63,012 nucleotides of DNA, filler included, from Perkinsus chesapeaki ATCC PRA-425 (GCA_013115145.1; 9 parts of 9 records of this genome joined end to end with filler, not necessarily neighbours in it); one strand, 5' to 3'; positions 43,766 through 56,536 are shown, numbered from the whole stretch's first letter. The notes: a model not told the origin generated them from the letters alone. Numbers and translations: made by a program.

Positions 43766-46116
43766 TCAAAAAAGTCTAATAGCGCGATCAAGCTTTGCAA
43801 ACTCGCGCACAACTCGGTCCAAATCGAGCACTTTTCCTCGCGCTTTATTGATGGACAATACGCCCAGAGAGCTAAGTCTCTCATCGGCCATGGTAGTCCT
43901 CAAATGTGTTTTCACCAATTTGAGAACGGAAAAGGATCGCTCACATGAGGCAGTGCTACTAGGTAATGACAATGCTATGTGTCCGAAGTACATAAGAGTG
44001 GGCCACGCGAGCTCGAGCCCATGTAGGAACGAGACGGCATCAAGCACGGTGACCAATCCAACTTCACCATCATCCTTGAGCTCATTTTGGCGTCGCTCAA
44101 CTGCTCGCGATGCGACTACAACTTCATTCGCGAGCTCTTCGATATTACAGCCATAGAGTCTGCCGAACTCCTGGGTCTTGGTTGTATCAAGAAAATAAGC
44201 GTGTGCGGGGTTGAAGCAGCAAACCCCATCATAAACCGCATAGCTGTTGAAGTTGAACCTTTCATTAAGCTCCCTTAGTATGCTCTCCATGAAAGGTAGG
44301 AAAAGGTGCTCACGTGCATCCTCCATAAGGGTCAACTCCGATTCCGATGAGCGTCGCGCCAACCTCCTCTTGCCAAACCGGCGTGACTGATCGAGCTGGT
44401 GCTCATCCACCACATACATAGCATCCGACCAGATTTTCTGCCATAAGGTCCCATCACTGTCAGTCTCTTCGATACAACATTCTATCGAGCTCTTGAGCTC
44501 TTCTATCAGCAACCTTGTCTTGCTCAGATCGGTAGAGGGATCTTGAAGGAGCTTCGAGGCCTTATCAGTCATCCCCGGGACCCGATGCATGGTGTGCAAA
44601 GTAACCATGAAGACATGGTCCAGCTTACACATGAGACTCTCAGCTTCGCCCGCCCGCTTCGGTGGATGGGATGAAGCGACCGAGTCCAATGTGGCAATGA
44701 CCGCATTGAGCGAGTGGACTAGCGCAGAACAGGCTTCTGCCTGGCAACTCCAACGCGTATCTATTATACGTTTGAGCGTCCTTATGCGGGTATCATCACC
44801 GAATATTTTCTTCTGTTGGGCCTCGAACTCGCTATGAACGACCGAGATTTTGAAGAAGCGGTCAAAGTCGGCCATGACGAAGAAAAACGATGCGACCTTC
44901 TCCACATCCTTAACCGACTTCTGGATGCAGAGGTTCAGGCGATGATTGGAGCAGTGGATATAGGGAGCAGTGCAACCAGATCTCTGTTCGAAAACCTGTT
45001 GGATTTGTTACAATTGGTGGAAATCACGGAGCAAAGCATTACCTTGTGTACACCCTTCCTCTTCCCCGACATTACCGATGCCCCGTCATACCCCTGGGAT
45101 GTGCATTTTGACGGATCTATGCCAACAGTATCCAGCCGCTGCAGCATAGCGCCGGCTATGCCCTCAGAGTCTAGATCTTCCAAACCCACGAACCCCAGGA
45201 ATGATTCCTCTACAACAACAGGCTCACCAACTTTTTGGGGCTTGCAGTACCGCACACAGAGTGCGAGCTGCTCTGTACCCGACTCGTCTCTAGTTTCATC
45301 ACCCAGAATGCAGTAGGGTCGCTCACCAATTTCATCAACAATGTCCTTGATTATCAAGTCGCCCATGGTCTTGACCAGACCATTCTGAATTTGAGGGCTT
45401 GTATAGATGGCGTTACGAGGGCCCTCGGCCAATATAGAAGCTGTGATGGGATCGAAAGTGCCAATAAGTCGCATCAACTCAGAAAAATTACCTTTGTTGG
45501 GTGAAGTTGGTCCTTCAAAGTGCCCTCTAAAGGCTATATTTTGGAAAGAGCAGAATAATAAAGCTTTGCAAATATTTTTGATATAAGTTCGATTATCGGA
45601 CAATGTCGTCTCGTCATGCTTAGCAATCAAAGCAGAGACAGACCTATCCTTCTCAGCAGCCATCTTCCATGCAGCCCAACGAACCATAGCTTCTTTATGA
45701 CCAGCGCTTGCCTTATGAATATTCAGCTTTTCTACTCCTTTCTTGAAGTTACCGAACCCAGATGATACGAATGAGGCACTGCAGGAACCGAAGCCCGCCA
45801 CTGATGGCGGATAGAAGAAACGGCAAGGAAAGCAGTATGCTTTATTGCTAGAGCGACTCCACTCCAGCCATGGATTCCCGATGTACCAATCAACTTGGAA
45901 GGGGCGACTCTGTACATTGGGGATGAATCCAGATTTCGGCTGTACCGGTTCTTCAGACTTAGAGCCGGCAATATCAGAGGGTAAGTCGCCCCTCGAGACG
46001 GAATGACCCTTCCCTGTTTTGGGGCGCTTTGCAACCTCAGAAGGGTCTTGCGCCTCACGAGCGCGCTTCATCATCAAAGAGAAAGCCGACTCAGCCGAGC
46101 TTGATGAGGACGACAT
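43766..46116 (-). mobile_element. hAT-superfamily transposase (ZMYM1-like), apparently intact, 767 aa, one 47-nt intron (45042-44996)
   Basis: TTF-like finger WLEWS..AYCFPCRFF, AFRGH, ILGDETRD, SQGYDGASVMSG, after splicing PYIHCSNHRLNL, DTRWS, and dimerisation domain LPSSTASCERSFSVLKLVKTHLRTTMADERLSSL. Both exons are phase 0 and stop-free. Confidence 0.92.
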
Positions 46117-46309
46117 CGCAGGAAGTATACCCGAAATTCGGGTCCCAAATACTAGAAAAACAATGAACAACGCACGCATGCGCAGTGCGCGGTGTGGCCC
46201 TCGTGCGCGTGCGTTGTGACTCCGTTGCTACCCACGGTATAATAATTCTCGACTCAAAAGTTTCGAGACCCCCCGACATGCTAACCCGCCCCTACCCTGC
46301 CCCCCTCTG

Positions 46310-48732
46310 GTGCCAAGGCCAGCTACGCCACTGACTTTCCCTGCTGCAAAATCATCATGGGTAGCATCTGATAATTCCAAGCCGACATCACATCTTGGTC
46401 TATCCTGGACTTTCCAGAACGTCAAACTACATGCATCATGCAATCAACCAGACCCTACATCTCTGGACTCCGCCTTCAACGGCCCCATAACCAAGCGAAC
46501 GCTCTTCAGTGTATGTGGAAAGTTCACTGACCCGCTTTCACTACATCCAGAACGTGCACTCATTGCGGATCTGATTCGCTCTTGGTCTGGAAAGCATGGG
46601 CATGCCACTGACAGAGCCTCATGGGACAGCGAGTTACGTATCAACAAGCGGGACCGTGAGAAGCTCCAAAAGCTACTACGATCTGCCCAATCGTTATCAG
46701 CACCATGTAGCCATTCTAGCTGGGCTGGTTGTGTTCACGTAACCGTCCACAGTGATGCAGCTGCGACTGGTTTTGGTTGGTCTATCACGGCTTCTCCTTC
46801 TACTGATAACGAACGGGATGCTGTAACTATCGCTGAAAAATCTAAGAAGTTTCCTGATGCACTGAAATGGCATTGTAACAGATTAGAGATGCACTCCCTC
46901 GTCGACGCCGCAAAAAGACTGATGCGACTAGTCGAAATAGGGCTAGACGTGGAAATCGTCACCTTCTTGGCCGATAACAGCAGTACAGTCAGCTGGTGCA
47001 CATCTAAGCAACCCCACCTTGGCAGTTATGATAAATTAGCCCTCCAGAGACTTACTCAGCAATTTTCTGATATTGAAGCCCTACTCCAACAACGCCAAGT
47101 TCAAGTTACTGTGCAACATCTTGCAGGTTCCGAAAATACTCGAGCCAACTATCTATCTAGGCTACCTGGTACATTAGACCTCCCCAGCCTCTACAACAAC
47201 GACTCGGTATTTGTACTTACCTCAACAACTATACAAGGTTTCGCCGACCCCCTCTATGAGGACTCATTTCTCCAACAATGTGCGGCACATTATGTGCCAA
47301 TGCCCTAGTTAATGATGAAACGACTTGGCGCGGTATACGGTTGAGAGACATAGCTGAACTCTCTGGACAGAAAAAAGAACAAGCCGACAAACTTTTTGCA
47401 GTACACCCGGACGGCAACATCTACTTCGTGGATACTAATGGTGAGCATAGACTTTATGTCCCACATGAAGCTTCTCTTGATGGAATATCGACCCTTCGCA
47501 CCAAGCTTCTTCTCAAGGCCCACTGGCCCCACTGCCCTCTCCAAGCCATGAAAAATAGACTACGAGAACAATGCTGGTGGCCGAAGATGAGGCGCGATAT
47601 CAACAATTTCTATCAGAATTGTTTCTCGTGTAGGAGAGAATTACTCCGTGTAGTCCCTCTCGGTGGGCAACGGTCCCGTCAGCTCTCGAATCGTTTCGAG
47701 ACACTGATAGTGGATTTCTGTGGACCATTCTCGGGAGTTACCATTGGAGGTTTATCCTCTCCTTCCATCATCATTCTTATTGACTCGTTTACGACTTGGC
47801 TCGAACTTTCTCTGGTGTCTGGACCTACCGCTCGTGAAGCTGCCAGATCTGTATTGGATTGGTCGTTGAGGTTTGGATGTCCTCGACACTTGGTCTCAGA
47901 TCAGGGACAAGCTTTCACAGCTGAATTGACTACTATACTCAACAAAGCTCTGTCTATCGACTCCGTTCTTAGTGGCGGATACCATCCCAACCCTCAAGGC
48001 CAAGCAGAAAAGTCAGTATCTTTGGTGAAATCCTCTTTGCGCAAACTCTGTGCGCATGTTCCATTAGCGGTTGCTTTATGCAACTTACAATGAAATTGTC
48101 GTTTTCATAATACCAGCCCACGTGCTTATGGAGACGAAGATATCACTCCAGAGGATTTGGTCTATGGTGGACGAAGTCGTGATGCAGTTCAATCTTTATT
48201 GGAATTTTCTTCGACTGGGTCTCATCCTCCCTCTGATGCGACCTCTTATCTTACCGCTTTACAACAGGAGATAAGCGCTTTACACGCCGCATGGCGCACT
48301 ACGCTCGCCGAAGGACGTGCCCTCAACCTCAGCAACAACTATCGTCATGAACCTTCAATATCTCCTGGTGATCGAGTCTTTAGAGTTATAGTTGACGGCC
48401 TAGGGAAACGACGGGTTCTGGGACCATACTTTGTCCTAGCGCCTCTTGATTCTCAACATTCCATGGCCAACTTAAGCTCACGTGGTCGACCCTTACCTCA
48501 TCCAGTCCCTGTCTGGCAACTATTCAAAGCTCCTTCTGATGACATCATTCACACTTACGGTTCGCTCGGTATACCTGAACTTGCCGACCTTATCTCCACT
48601 CCTTGCGAAGACTTAGCTGTTGGTGATCTTATATGCTTTCGTAATCCAGATGATGACACTGAAGGTGTTGTATCTATTGACATCGGTCGTGTTTATCACA
48701 ATCACCCCCTAGAGAAGAAAGGCTGCCCGTGA
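46310..48732 (+). mobile_element. LTR-retrotransposon pol remnant: Pao-like connection + RNase H + integrase (frameshifted, RT core missing)
   Basis: TKRTLFSVCGKFTDPL..WD; HSDAA..EKSK..NRLEM..ADNSSTVSW..HLAGSENTRANYLSR; Zn finger H..H..WWPKMRRDI..CFSC; rve IVDFCGPF, LVSDQGQAF, YHPNPQGQAEK. Frame breaks near 47300 and 48090. Confidence 0.85.
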
Positions 48733-48797
48733 ATTCAGCACTAAATTCGTGAAGTCAGAACTACATGCAAGTACACGACAATAAAACGCAGAGAATT

Positions 48798-48864
48798 GCA
48801 GGGTGGCGGGATCGATCCCACGACCACTGGGTGTTGACCTGGCACGTTTTAGCTTAATTAGCTA
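48798..48864 (-). pseudogene. Degenerate tRNA-derived sequence between the MULE stop and the integrase
   Basis: Minus strand TAGCTAATTAAG (A-box-like)..GG-TCAACAC-CC..GGTCGTGGGATCGATCCCGCC (T-arm-like); acceptor stem not recoverable. Confidence 0.35.
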
Positions 48865-49054
48865 TATACATGGTGCGACGTACGTGTATGCGTGCATATA
48901 TATAAACTCGACACGTTTTGCCAGCAGAAAAAACCTACGAGGACTATGATGAGAGCCTCACCATAAGGCAGACTATTGTTAGTATCGCTGCTCTTAGAAC
49001 ACTGCTCTAGTAATGAAAGCTCAAATATAGAGTAAGTACAAAGAGAGCTGATCA

Positions 49055-51861
49055 TTAGAAATTAATGAATCTATCTTGAGCAGCAGCATCAAGGGTTAAG
49101 CTCCTAGCCAGTGCAGCACATGCCTTTCTCTTCCGACCCCTCTTCGGCGCTGATTTTTGAATTGGCAACATTTTTTTGTCTTCGTCGTCCAAGAGACCTA
49201 GACGAATTCCGATACCCACTACATGTAAACACACCTTTTCTTTCAAATACTGCGGGCATGAACATTGCAGATGCCTCCAGTTGAGCGCAACAGCTGGTAC
49301 TGTGATCATGTACATTTTGCTCATGATCGCGGCAACAGAAGCGAAATGAGAGTGTTTAAAGGTACCCAAAATAGTACAGATAAATCGATTTACGTTTTCC
49401 ATAGTCAGGTAGCTGGCGTCTGCACCCTGCGAGAGTACAAAAACAAGCTTTCCGAGCACATCAGGACCAGACACCTGATGTAACTTTGTCGATTGTTGCC
49501 AATAAGCTCCGAGTTTGAAAATTTTCTTTGTGGCTTTTATGTCATCAACGGTTTCGAAAGTTCGATCGGCCTCACTAGGATCCATTCCAATGGCGTTACT
49601 ATACTTTGGCACAACTTTCCCAGTGACAACCGTTACAAATTTGCCTAGCGGTAATTTTTCTCTATGGACACTAACCTTTAACTGGTTGTTCATGGATTCT
49701 AATCCATTATTAGTGCTTGGCAAGCGTGGGGCATAACCCTCGTACCAAGTACCGAGAGAACGATGCTCTACCCAACTATTGCGAATATATTCTACCGCGT
49801 CATGGGCGACGGGATCATATTCGGCTGCGTATAAGGCAAAAACTCCCTCGAACACCTCTTTCGTGATCGAAAGTTGTATGTAGGATAAATCTCGGAGCAT
49901 CCGCCAACGAAGCCTATCATCCGGGACTAAGCGCTGCAATGCATCCTCTACATTTTTCTTAACATGGAACCAGCACATACAGCGTTTGATGTCCGGGAAC
50001 ACGAGCCTAGCGGCAGCCGTTATTGCCGGTGCGCCATCCGCGATAACATATTGTGGCGAGTGATTCTGTAAATTCAGTCTCAGGGCCGCGATATTGAGGG
50101 ATCGGAAGAGCTCTACAAAATCGGCAGTCTTTTCATTCCCGCACAAGGCTAGAGCTACCGGAAAAACATGATTCCTATAATCTACTATAGCAAGCATCAA
50201 GACTGGGAAAGAATGGTAATTCAATTTATATGTTGCGTCAGTCGATATCATTGTAGCAGATCTTGTGGCTGCGATTAGGCGTCTCGTGCTGAAGACTACT
50301 TGGAAAGAGGATGCCCCTTTGAACTGACTGTGAACCTACAAGGGATCCGATGTGAGGAATGTTTTGATAATGAAGTTCATATTATTACCACATATGCTTT
50401 ATCTAATTCTTGTTCCGAGGGTATAGTGGCGTGTTGGCGAGCCATGTTCTCTATGTCTTTAACGGTAATTGGACCCGCTCCACCATTGAATTGTGTTCTC
50501 TTATATCGGAAGTGGTTATCAAACTACAATAAATCAGCAATTACATTCCTTGTCGGGCAAGGCACATGACTCACCTGTTCGTAACTCTTGGGCTTGCAAC
50601 TTGCATGCATCAAACCCGTATTAATCCGGTCCAGTAGCTTATCATATGCGGTTTTCGTAGTCACAACGCCGGCGTGGAGTTCCTCGAGAACGAAATCTTT
50701 AACCTCTTCCCGGAGTCCCTTTTGGCGCTTCTCGAAGTCTGCGTGATCATGAGTGGCCTTCTTGCCATTTGCTTCTACCACATAGGCGTCCACGCGTCGG
50801 CTTGTATTAACATAGTGGAGCATGATTTGCACTCCTACTGGTGGCCCATTTTGTTGCGTTGACAGTCGGCTTCTATCGGCAGTGACAGAGGCTTTGCCAC
50901 ACTGCTTGCAATAATAGTAGTGTTTGAATCCATATTTTTTAGTGTAATTACGCCTACGAACAGAGAAGCATTTTATATATAAAAGCGAGACTAACCCTAT
51001 TACCTTTGTACCGCATATAGTTTACCGTCATTTATCCATGCTTCAGCTTCATCTTCGTCCGCAAAGTCAAGGATTTTGACCCATTTGACACCCTCACCTC
51101 TGTGCCTAGCTGGCGTATCCGATGCATCGGATGAGATGCTGTCATCATCGCTGTCTATCTCTGGGATAGGAGGCTCTATAACATCGTGAATGATCGCCGA
51201 GCCGAGCAATGAGAATATGTCGTTGCCAGCCTCGCCACGTTGACTACCTCGTTCGGATTCAACGGGACTGCTCTCAGGTTGCGACACTGGTTGGCTTATG
51301 GATATTGAGTCTAGTTCATCCTCCGGCAGAGAGCTCAAGAACCTGAGCAGAAAAGAAAAATCTGCTTCTAATGTATATACAGCCGCGGCCATTACTGCAG
51401 CTAGTTTAAAAGAAGCAATACGGTGTATGATTTTCCTTTAACCTACCTCATAATTTCGCCTTGAACTTCTTCAGGATTACCAGAAATATTCATATTAGAA
51501 GATTGTGAGTTACAGCCACTAGCCAGTGTGGCAGGAGAGGGTCTGCCACTGGTAGCAGGAATACCAGAAATATTCATATTAGAAGATTGTGAGTTATAGC
51601 CACTAGCCAGTGTGGCAGGAGAGGGTCTGCCACTGGTAGCAGGAATACCAGAAATATTCATATTAGAAGATTGTGAGTTATAGCCACTAGCCAGTGTGGC
51701 AGGAGAGGGTCTGCCGCTGGTAGCAGGAATACCAGAAATATTAATATTAGAAGATTGTGAGTTATAGCCACTAGCCAGTGTGGCAGGAGAGGGTCTGCCA
51801 CTGGTAGCAGGAATACCAGAAATATTCATATTAGAAGATTGTGAGTTATAGCCACTAGCCA
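49055..51861 (-). mobile_element. Mutator-like (MULE) transposase, spliced, apparently intact, 5' end in gap
   Basis: STDATYKLN, IADGAPAI, CWFHVKKNV, STNNGLESMN, SWIM finger CSCPQYLKEKVCLH, upstream YYCKQC..HDH finger. Four short GT-AG introns restore one frame, including 51446-51343. Confidence 0.9.
51472..51861. repeat. 84-bp tandem repeat, 4.6 copies, open on the minus strand (28-aa unit)
   Basis: Units start at 51472, 51556, 51640, 51724, 51808; each encodes MNISGIPATSGRPSPATLASGYNSQSSN. Confidence 0.95.
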
Positions 51862-52099
51862 NNNNNNNNNNNNNNNNNNNNNNNNNNNNNNNNNNNNNNN
51901 NNNNNTTAATTAATTAANNNNNNNNNNNNNNNNNNNNNNNNNNNNNNNNNNNNNNNNNNNNCACTGTGACCACCTGCTTCCCTGAGTTACAGGCATACAT
52001 ATACGTGTCAGCCGGATTGTGACTAAATTTGGACGCCGTTTACAGTTTCTAGATTATTCGGTGAGGGACTACCGTCAGGGTAATGCCAAATCAATCTTC

Positions 52100-53000
52100 G
52101 CATGACGGGTATGATATGGTTCGGCTAATAGTATCCCCAACTCACTACGCAATGGCACGCATAGAAGTTTACAGCAATGAACGTTTCACAAGAGCAACAA
52201 GTATGTTGCTCACATGTGCACTTGCACCTTTCTTAGCGGCTGTCGGAGTCTACTGTATCAGACATTACATTGAGGAATGGGTAATGACCGTACTGTTCCA
52301 TTCTCTGAAAGATTTCACAAAGTAGGTATCTATGGCAATCGCAGGATTACTGCTCTGTTATGCCTTGACCATAACACAATTTACCAAGTCCTCCGAATAT
52401 ACACAGCTTGAAGTGCGTGTTTGTTGAATCCAAGGTGTACAGCTTTTTCCCGTGCAAGTATTGCTGCTTCACATTCGATTAATGAACAGCGTCCACTAGT
52501 CACTCGGTTACACGGTTGCGAGAGACTTTCAAACAATCCAATATCCATGATGGGTAGTTTATCGTGTTGCAGTAGTTTTATCAGAAGACCTGGCGCTCAG
52601 TGAGCCCCGCACACCGCAGAAATAACAGGTGAAAACACGAATTAGAGTACGACTTCTGCTTCGATCCTGGGCATAAGGCTAAAGACGCAGCACCCGCATT
52701 AAGAGAGTTGCGGAAACAGAAAGATGTAACAAACGCAACGGTTCTTTCTCCCCTCGAAGACCCTATCTCACAGAACTTGCTGCTGGTATCGGGCGCATCC
52801 CTATATGTCGCACTCCTATGGCGATGAAAGTTGTGAAAAAGCAATGCCCTTTTACTGGTAAGTATATGTTATTAAGAATACATAAAGCAAAGAGCCTCTG
52901 GGGTTCACAGGTCAGCACCGTAGTAGCCGGCGTTGGACAAAAGGCCGTTGTGGTATACCGTGACCGTATTACGGTCAGCGAGGAATCTTCTCAGAACTGA
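52100..53000 (+). CDS. Hypothetical multi-exon gene fragment
   Basis: Short exon-like segments with GT/AG flanks (AAVGVYCIRHYIEEW, VSMAIAGLLLCYALT, LEYDFCFDPGHK, ELAAGIGRIPICRTP); no family recognised. Confidence 0.3.
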
Positions 53001-53770
53001 ACGGTTGCTCGTTTGCTGGCGCCAGTCGACTTGGCTCGACGTTGATACAGATACATTTGTTTCTCAAAACTAATAATCTATACTCTAAGGAGACAACTAC
53101 TCCGCAATGCCTACGGAAGATGTGTCCGACACAAGGTGCGTCCTACAATGTAGGGCCTACATATCTGGTGAAGAATCATTAAAACCTATATCAGATCGCT
53201 CTCAGTACTTTTGTCCAAACCACCGACTTATACACTTTGAGCTGCACATTTGTTTAATAGCTTTAGAGTTAGTCGAAAAGGATCTTATAGCACAATGTAT
53301 ATATGAATCGGGAAGGAGGGAGAGGTACAGATTGAGTATAGACAAGAATAGCCAGATAATGGCAGGTTAGAATCAATGGAACATAATTGTGTGAGGCCGC
53401 ATCCTGCCTCCATTAACTTTTTGGCATAGTATACCAAGACATATCTCGCAGGTGTGCTGCGTACTGCTCGCAGCGAGATAGATAAGCCTAATTACCTCCT
53501 TTACCGTTATGATTTGGAGGACGATTCAGACGGGCACTCGGATAGCAACAGTTTAAAATGATCATCCGCACAATGGATGTCACTCGATAGGAGCCATTTC
53601 TACGAAAATTCACTGAATACTCGCGCCAGCCCGATGTGATCAGGTGACCTGATTCAGATCCTTAGAATCCTCTTGATTTAATCGCTCCAAGATGGCATTG
53701 TACAGTTGTCACTGAAGGCAGGGACCCATTGTGACACCTTGGCGGTTATTTTAGTCTTTATTACTCTCCC

Positions 53771-54488
53771 ATGTCCTGGATCGTACACTTAGCCCTCATT
53801 AACACTTTGGTGCTGATCAGCATCGCTGACAAACTGGTTAGAATGGACTTATCCTTCAAGATGACTCGTGTGAACAAAGTGTACCCTTTACCGGTAGCAA
53901 ATTTCAAGGCTGATGGGCAAAACATATATGCATTAGTTGATACTGGAGCCACATATTTGTTCTTTGTCTGGAAGTACTGGTTTGAGGATAACTTGGAGAA
54001 TTGTAACGAGCTCATTTTTGGATGCTACGAATGTGCACCGCCTTGCAAACAAGGTCCAACTAAGACCTTTACCTTCGGAGATGGTGCAAAAGTTTGGCTT
54101 TTCCCACATACGGGCAAGCTCGATTTCAACGGCGGAGTATCTGCTCCCCTAGACTTCGGCTTGGTATCCGGCTTCAATCGAGATTCGGCTACGATCTGGG
54201 CCTCGCTTGGTTTGAGGCCATCTCATCCGGGTAGTGCCCCGTACAAGTCTATCGTTGAACAACTATTCGCCAAGAAGATTATCGCAAGCAACTCCTTCTC
54301 GATCTACTTCACTGGAGGCGATAATCCTTCTGGTCAGCTGATACTCGGCGGTGACGACCCATCAAAGCATGCCGGCCCTTTGAGCTACGTCCAAATCGTT
54401 AACGAAGATGAAGAATTCATTCAACTCCTCGGATTGACAATTGGAAGTGACCCAAAGAATACCATCGCTATGGCAATGCCTGCTGCTC
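53771..54488 (+). CDS. Secreted pepsin-like (A1) aspartyl protease, 3'-truncated by gap
   Basis: Hydrophobic N-terminal signal, ALVDTGAT catalytic motif, flap-like FTFGDG, FSIYF..GQLILGGDD; intronless in the visible part. Confidence 0.88.
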
Positions 54489-54588
54489 NNNNNNNNNNNN
54501 NNNNNNNNNNNNNNNNNNNNNNNNNNNNNNNNTTAATTAATTAANNNNNNNNNNNNNNNNNNNNNNNNNNNNNNNNNNNNNNNNNNNN

Positions 54589-55725
54589 GCGAAGTGTGCC
54601 GGGACCAGCATCTGATACGCAATGCTAATACCATTGCCGACTAAATACCGAAGTCCCTTAGGACAAGGCTTGGCCTATATGTATGTCCGACGCCTCTCCC
54701 AAGAAAGGAGTTGATGGGGCGAGTGAAATGTGACCCCTGTTTTAAAAGTTGACCAAAGAAAGACAGCTGTACTGATACGGCCCCTGACACTTGTCCCGCA
54801 CGGCAATCTTTACGTCTGAGTGCTGCCACCCAAGCATAGATTGGAGCCAGTCGGGGTCGATATTGTGGAGCAAGCTGCGAGAACCAAGTAAGCCGGCCCA
54901 GGAGGACCTCCATCTCATGTAGAAGAACCGGTCTTTGTTGATGAATGCTAGACAGTATGGCCACCAGCAAGCTACAACATTGTTGCTTTTTGGTAGCTGG
55001 AATTGATAAAGTACCATGTTTGAGTGAACAATTCAAGCCTAGCACTCGGGGGGAGTCGGAAACTCGCGCTTTTGCGAATTCCAACCTAATACCAAAAGCC
55101 AATGAACATAGGCTTATTTTGATGAAATCTTGAAGAACCGAACTTGTCGAAGACGCCCAGGTGGTGTCATCGACATATAGTAGAGAGTGGCGTAATACGA
55201 GACGGCGAATACACCTTACCATCAATCCGTAGGCCCTAGTCCAAATAATGGGACTAGATACCATCCCAAAAGGTAAAGATGTGTGCCTATATAGGCACGA
55301 TTTCAGCGGAGCCATGTTGCACAGGTACTTCTCATCTTCGGGAGCTACATGAACATGCCTGTAGGCGGCTCGCACATCTAAAACAATGAATCGAGCCTCG
55401 TCTGCTCCAAAAAGATTCCTAGTTGTCTTCATTAGTCGTGATAGGGATGCTGCATTAGGTAAGCTTATTGTTTCTGGTAGATGAGGACTCATCATGAGGT
55501 CTTATGAGGCCGTTGAGGCCCGAGCGTCGCATATCATCGATCAGTCGCTATTTGGAAGGTCCACCAGATGGTGAGACCTTCTCCAAAGCTGCAATTTTAT
55601 TAACAATCGCTCCTTCCTCGATATCATTAGGATCAATAGTACGCATACGCCGCAACGCTACCTCGTTGTCCAGGATATCTTGTACAGCATGAGCATTATC
55701 ATTAGCTAAGGAGTAGTTGCGAAAG
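54589..55725 (-). mobile_element. DIRS/Ngaro-type reverse transcriptase pseudogene
   Basis: FRNY..V..ILDNEV, K*RLIDD (premature TAG), LDVRAAYRHV, LPFGMVSSP, LYVDD, LLGRLTWF; frameshift near 55500. Confidence 0.82.
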
Positions 55726-55825
55726 NNNNNNNNNNNNNNNNNNNNNNNNNNNNNNNNNNNNNNNNNNNNTTAATTAATTAANNNNNNNNNNNNNNNNNNN
55801 NNNNNNNNNNNNNNNNNNNNNNNNN

Positions 55826-56536
55826 CTTGCCCTTCATGCTTTCGGTGAGAGCAGTCGTTATTTACTTGACAACAGCGATTTCCGTAAGTCTGCTAACATT
55901 TATCGGCATGACGTTATTCTCCGCGACGCGAAGGGAACAGACGGTTCTCAAAGTACGATGATATTTGATACCTAAGGTCTGCAGTCCAAGCTCTCCGACA
56001 AGTTCATGGAGATCTCCCGTATACAGCTACGGATTCTCCAATGCCGTTAGGGTGACGTTCAGAAATGCGTCAGTGCCAATGGAGTGCTGACCATCGATCC
56101 CGGTGGTAACGAAGGCCTTGGCGCGTGCGACAAGGTGAAGGAAACAGCCAAACTTCCGACAGGCCCCTGCTCATATTTCACGGCACCGGCCCATAGCATT
56201 GTGCCGTGGTCTGACATCAACCCTTTCGGCAACCCCCAACGAGCAGAAAAGCTTTTCACGTTGGGGTACCAGATCGGGCTGTTCTTCAGAGGGCGAGGGG
56301 GTCAGCACCGGCAGAGTGACAGGTTTTGGAGACTTGGATGCCTAGAGGGGTCTGGTAGTGAAATTGTTCTTTACCAGGTGCAAGGGGGATCCCATTGGGT
56401 GCATCTGGACTGGCGCGACATCTACAAGGTTCACTCCGAAGAGCTCAGCATCGAGTCTCTTTTCGAGGGTATTGAAATGATGCTCAACTTGGTAGCGTCA
56501 TTTGTTAGAGGCCTCGCTCATAGAGTCACGGAGTAA
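55826..56536 (+). pseudogene. Pseudogene paralogue of the LpqC-type esterase at 59461-60375
   Basis: LHAFGESSRY..DFRK, YDDI*YL, RQVHGDL, VYSYGFSN, GVLTI..GGNEGL..CD, HWVHLDWRDIY..LFEG align to the intact copy. WNAGGCC is deleted; one TGA and several frameshifts. Confidence 0.85.

Noticed and set aside
43328-46310. gag (42470) and pol (46310) as one LTR element split by the hAT
   Set aside because: They lie on different contigs separated by an artificial linker, so linkage cannot be inferred.
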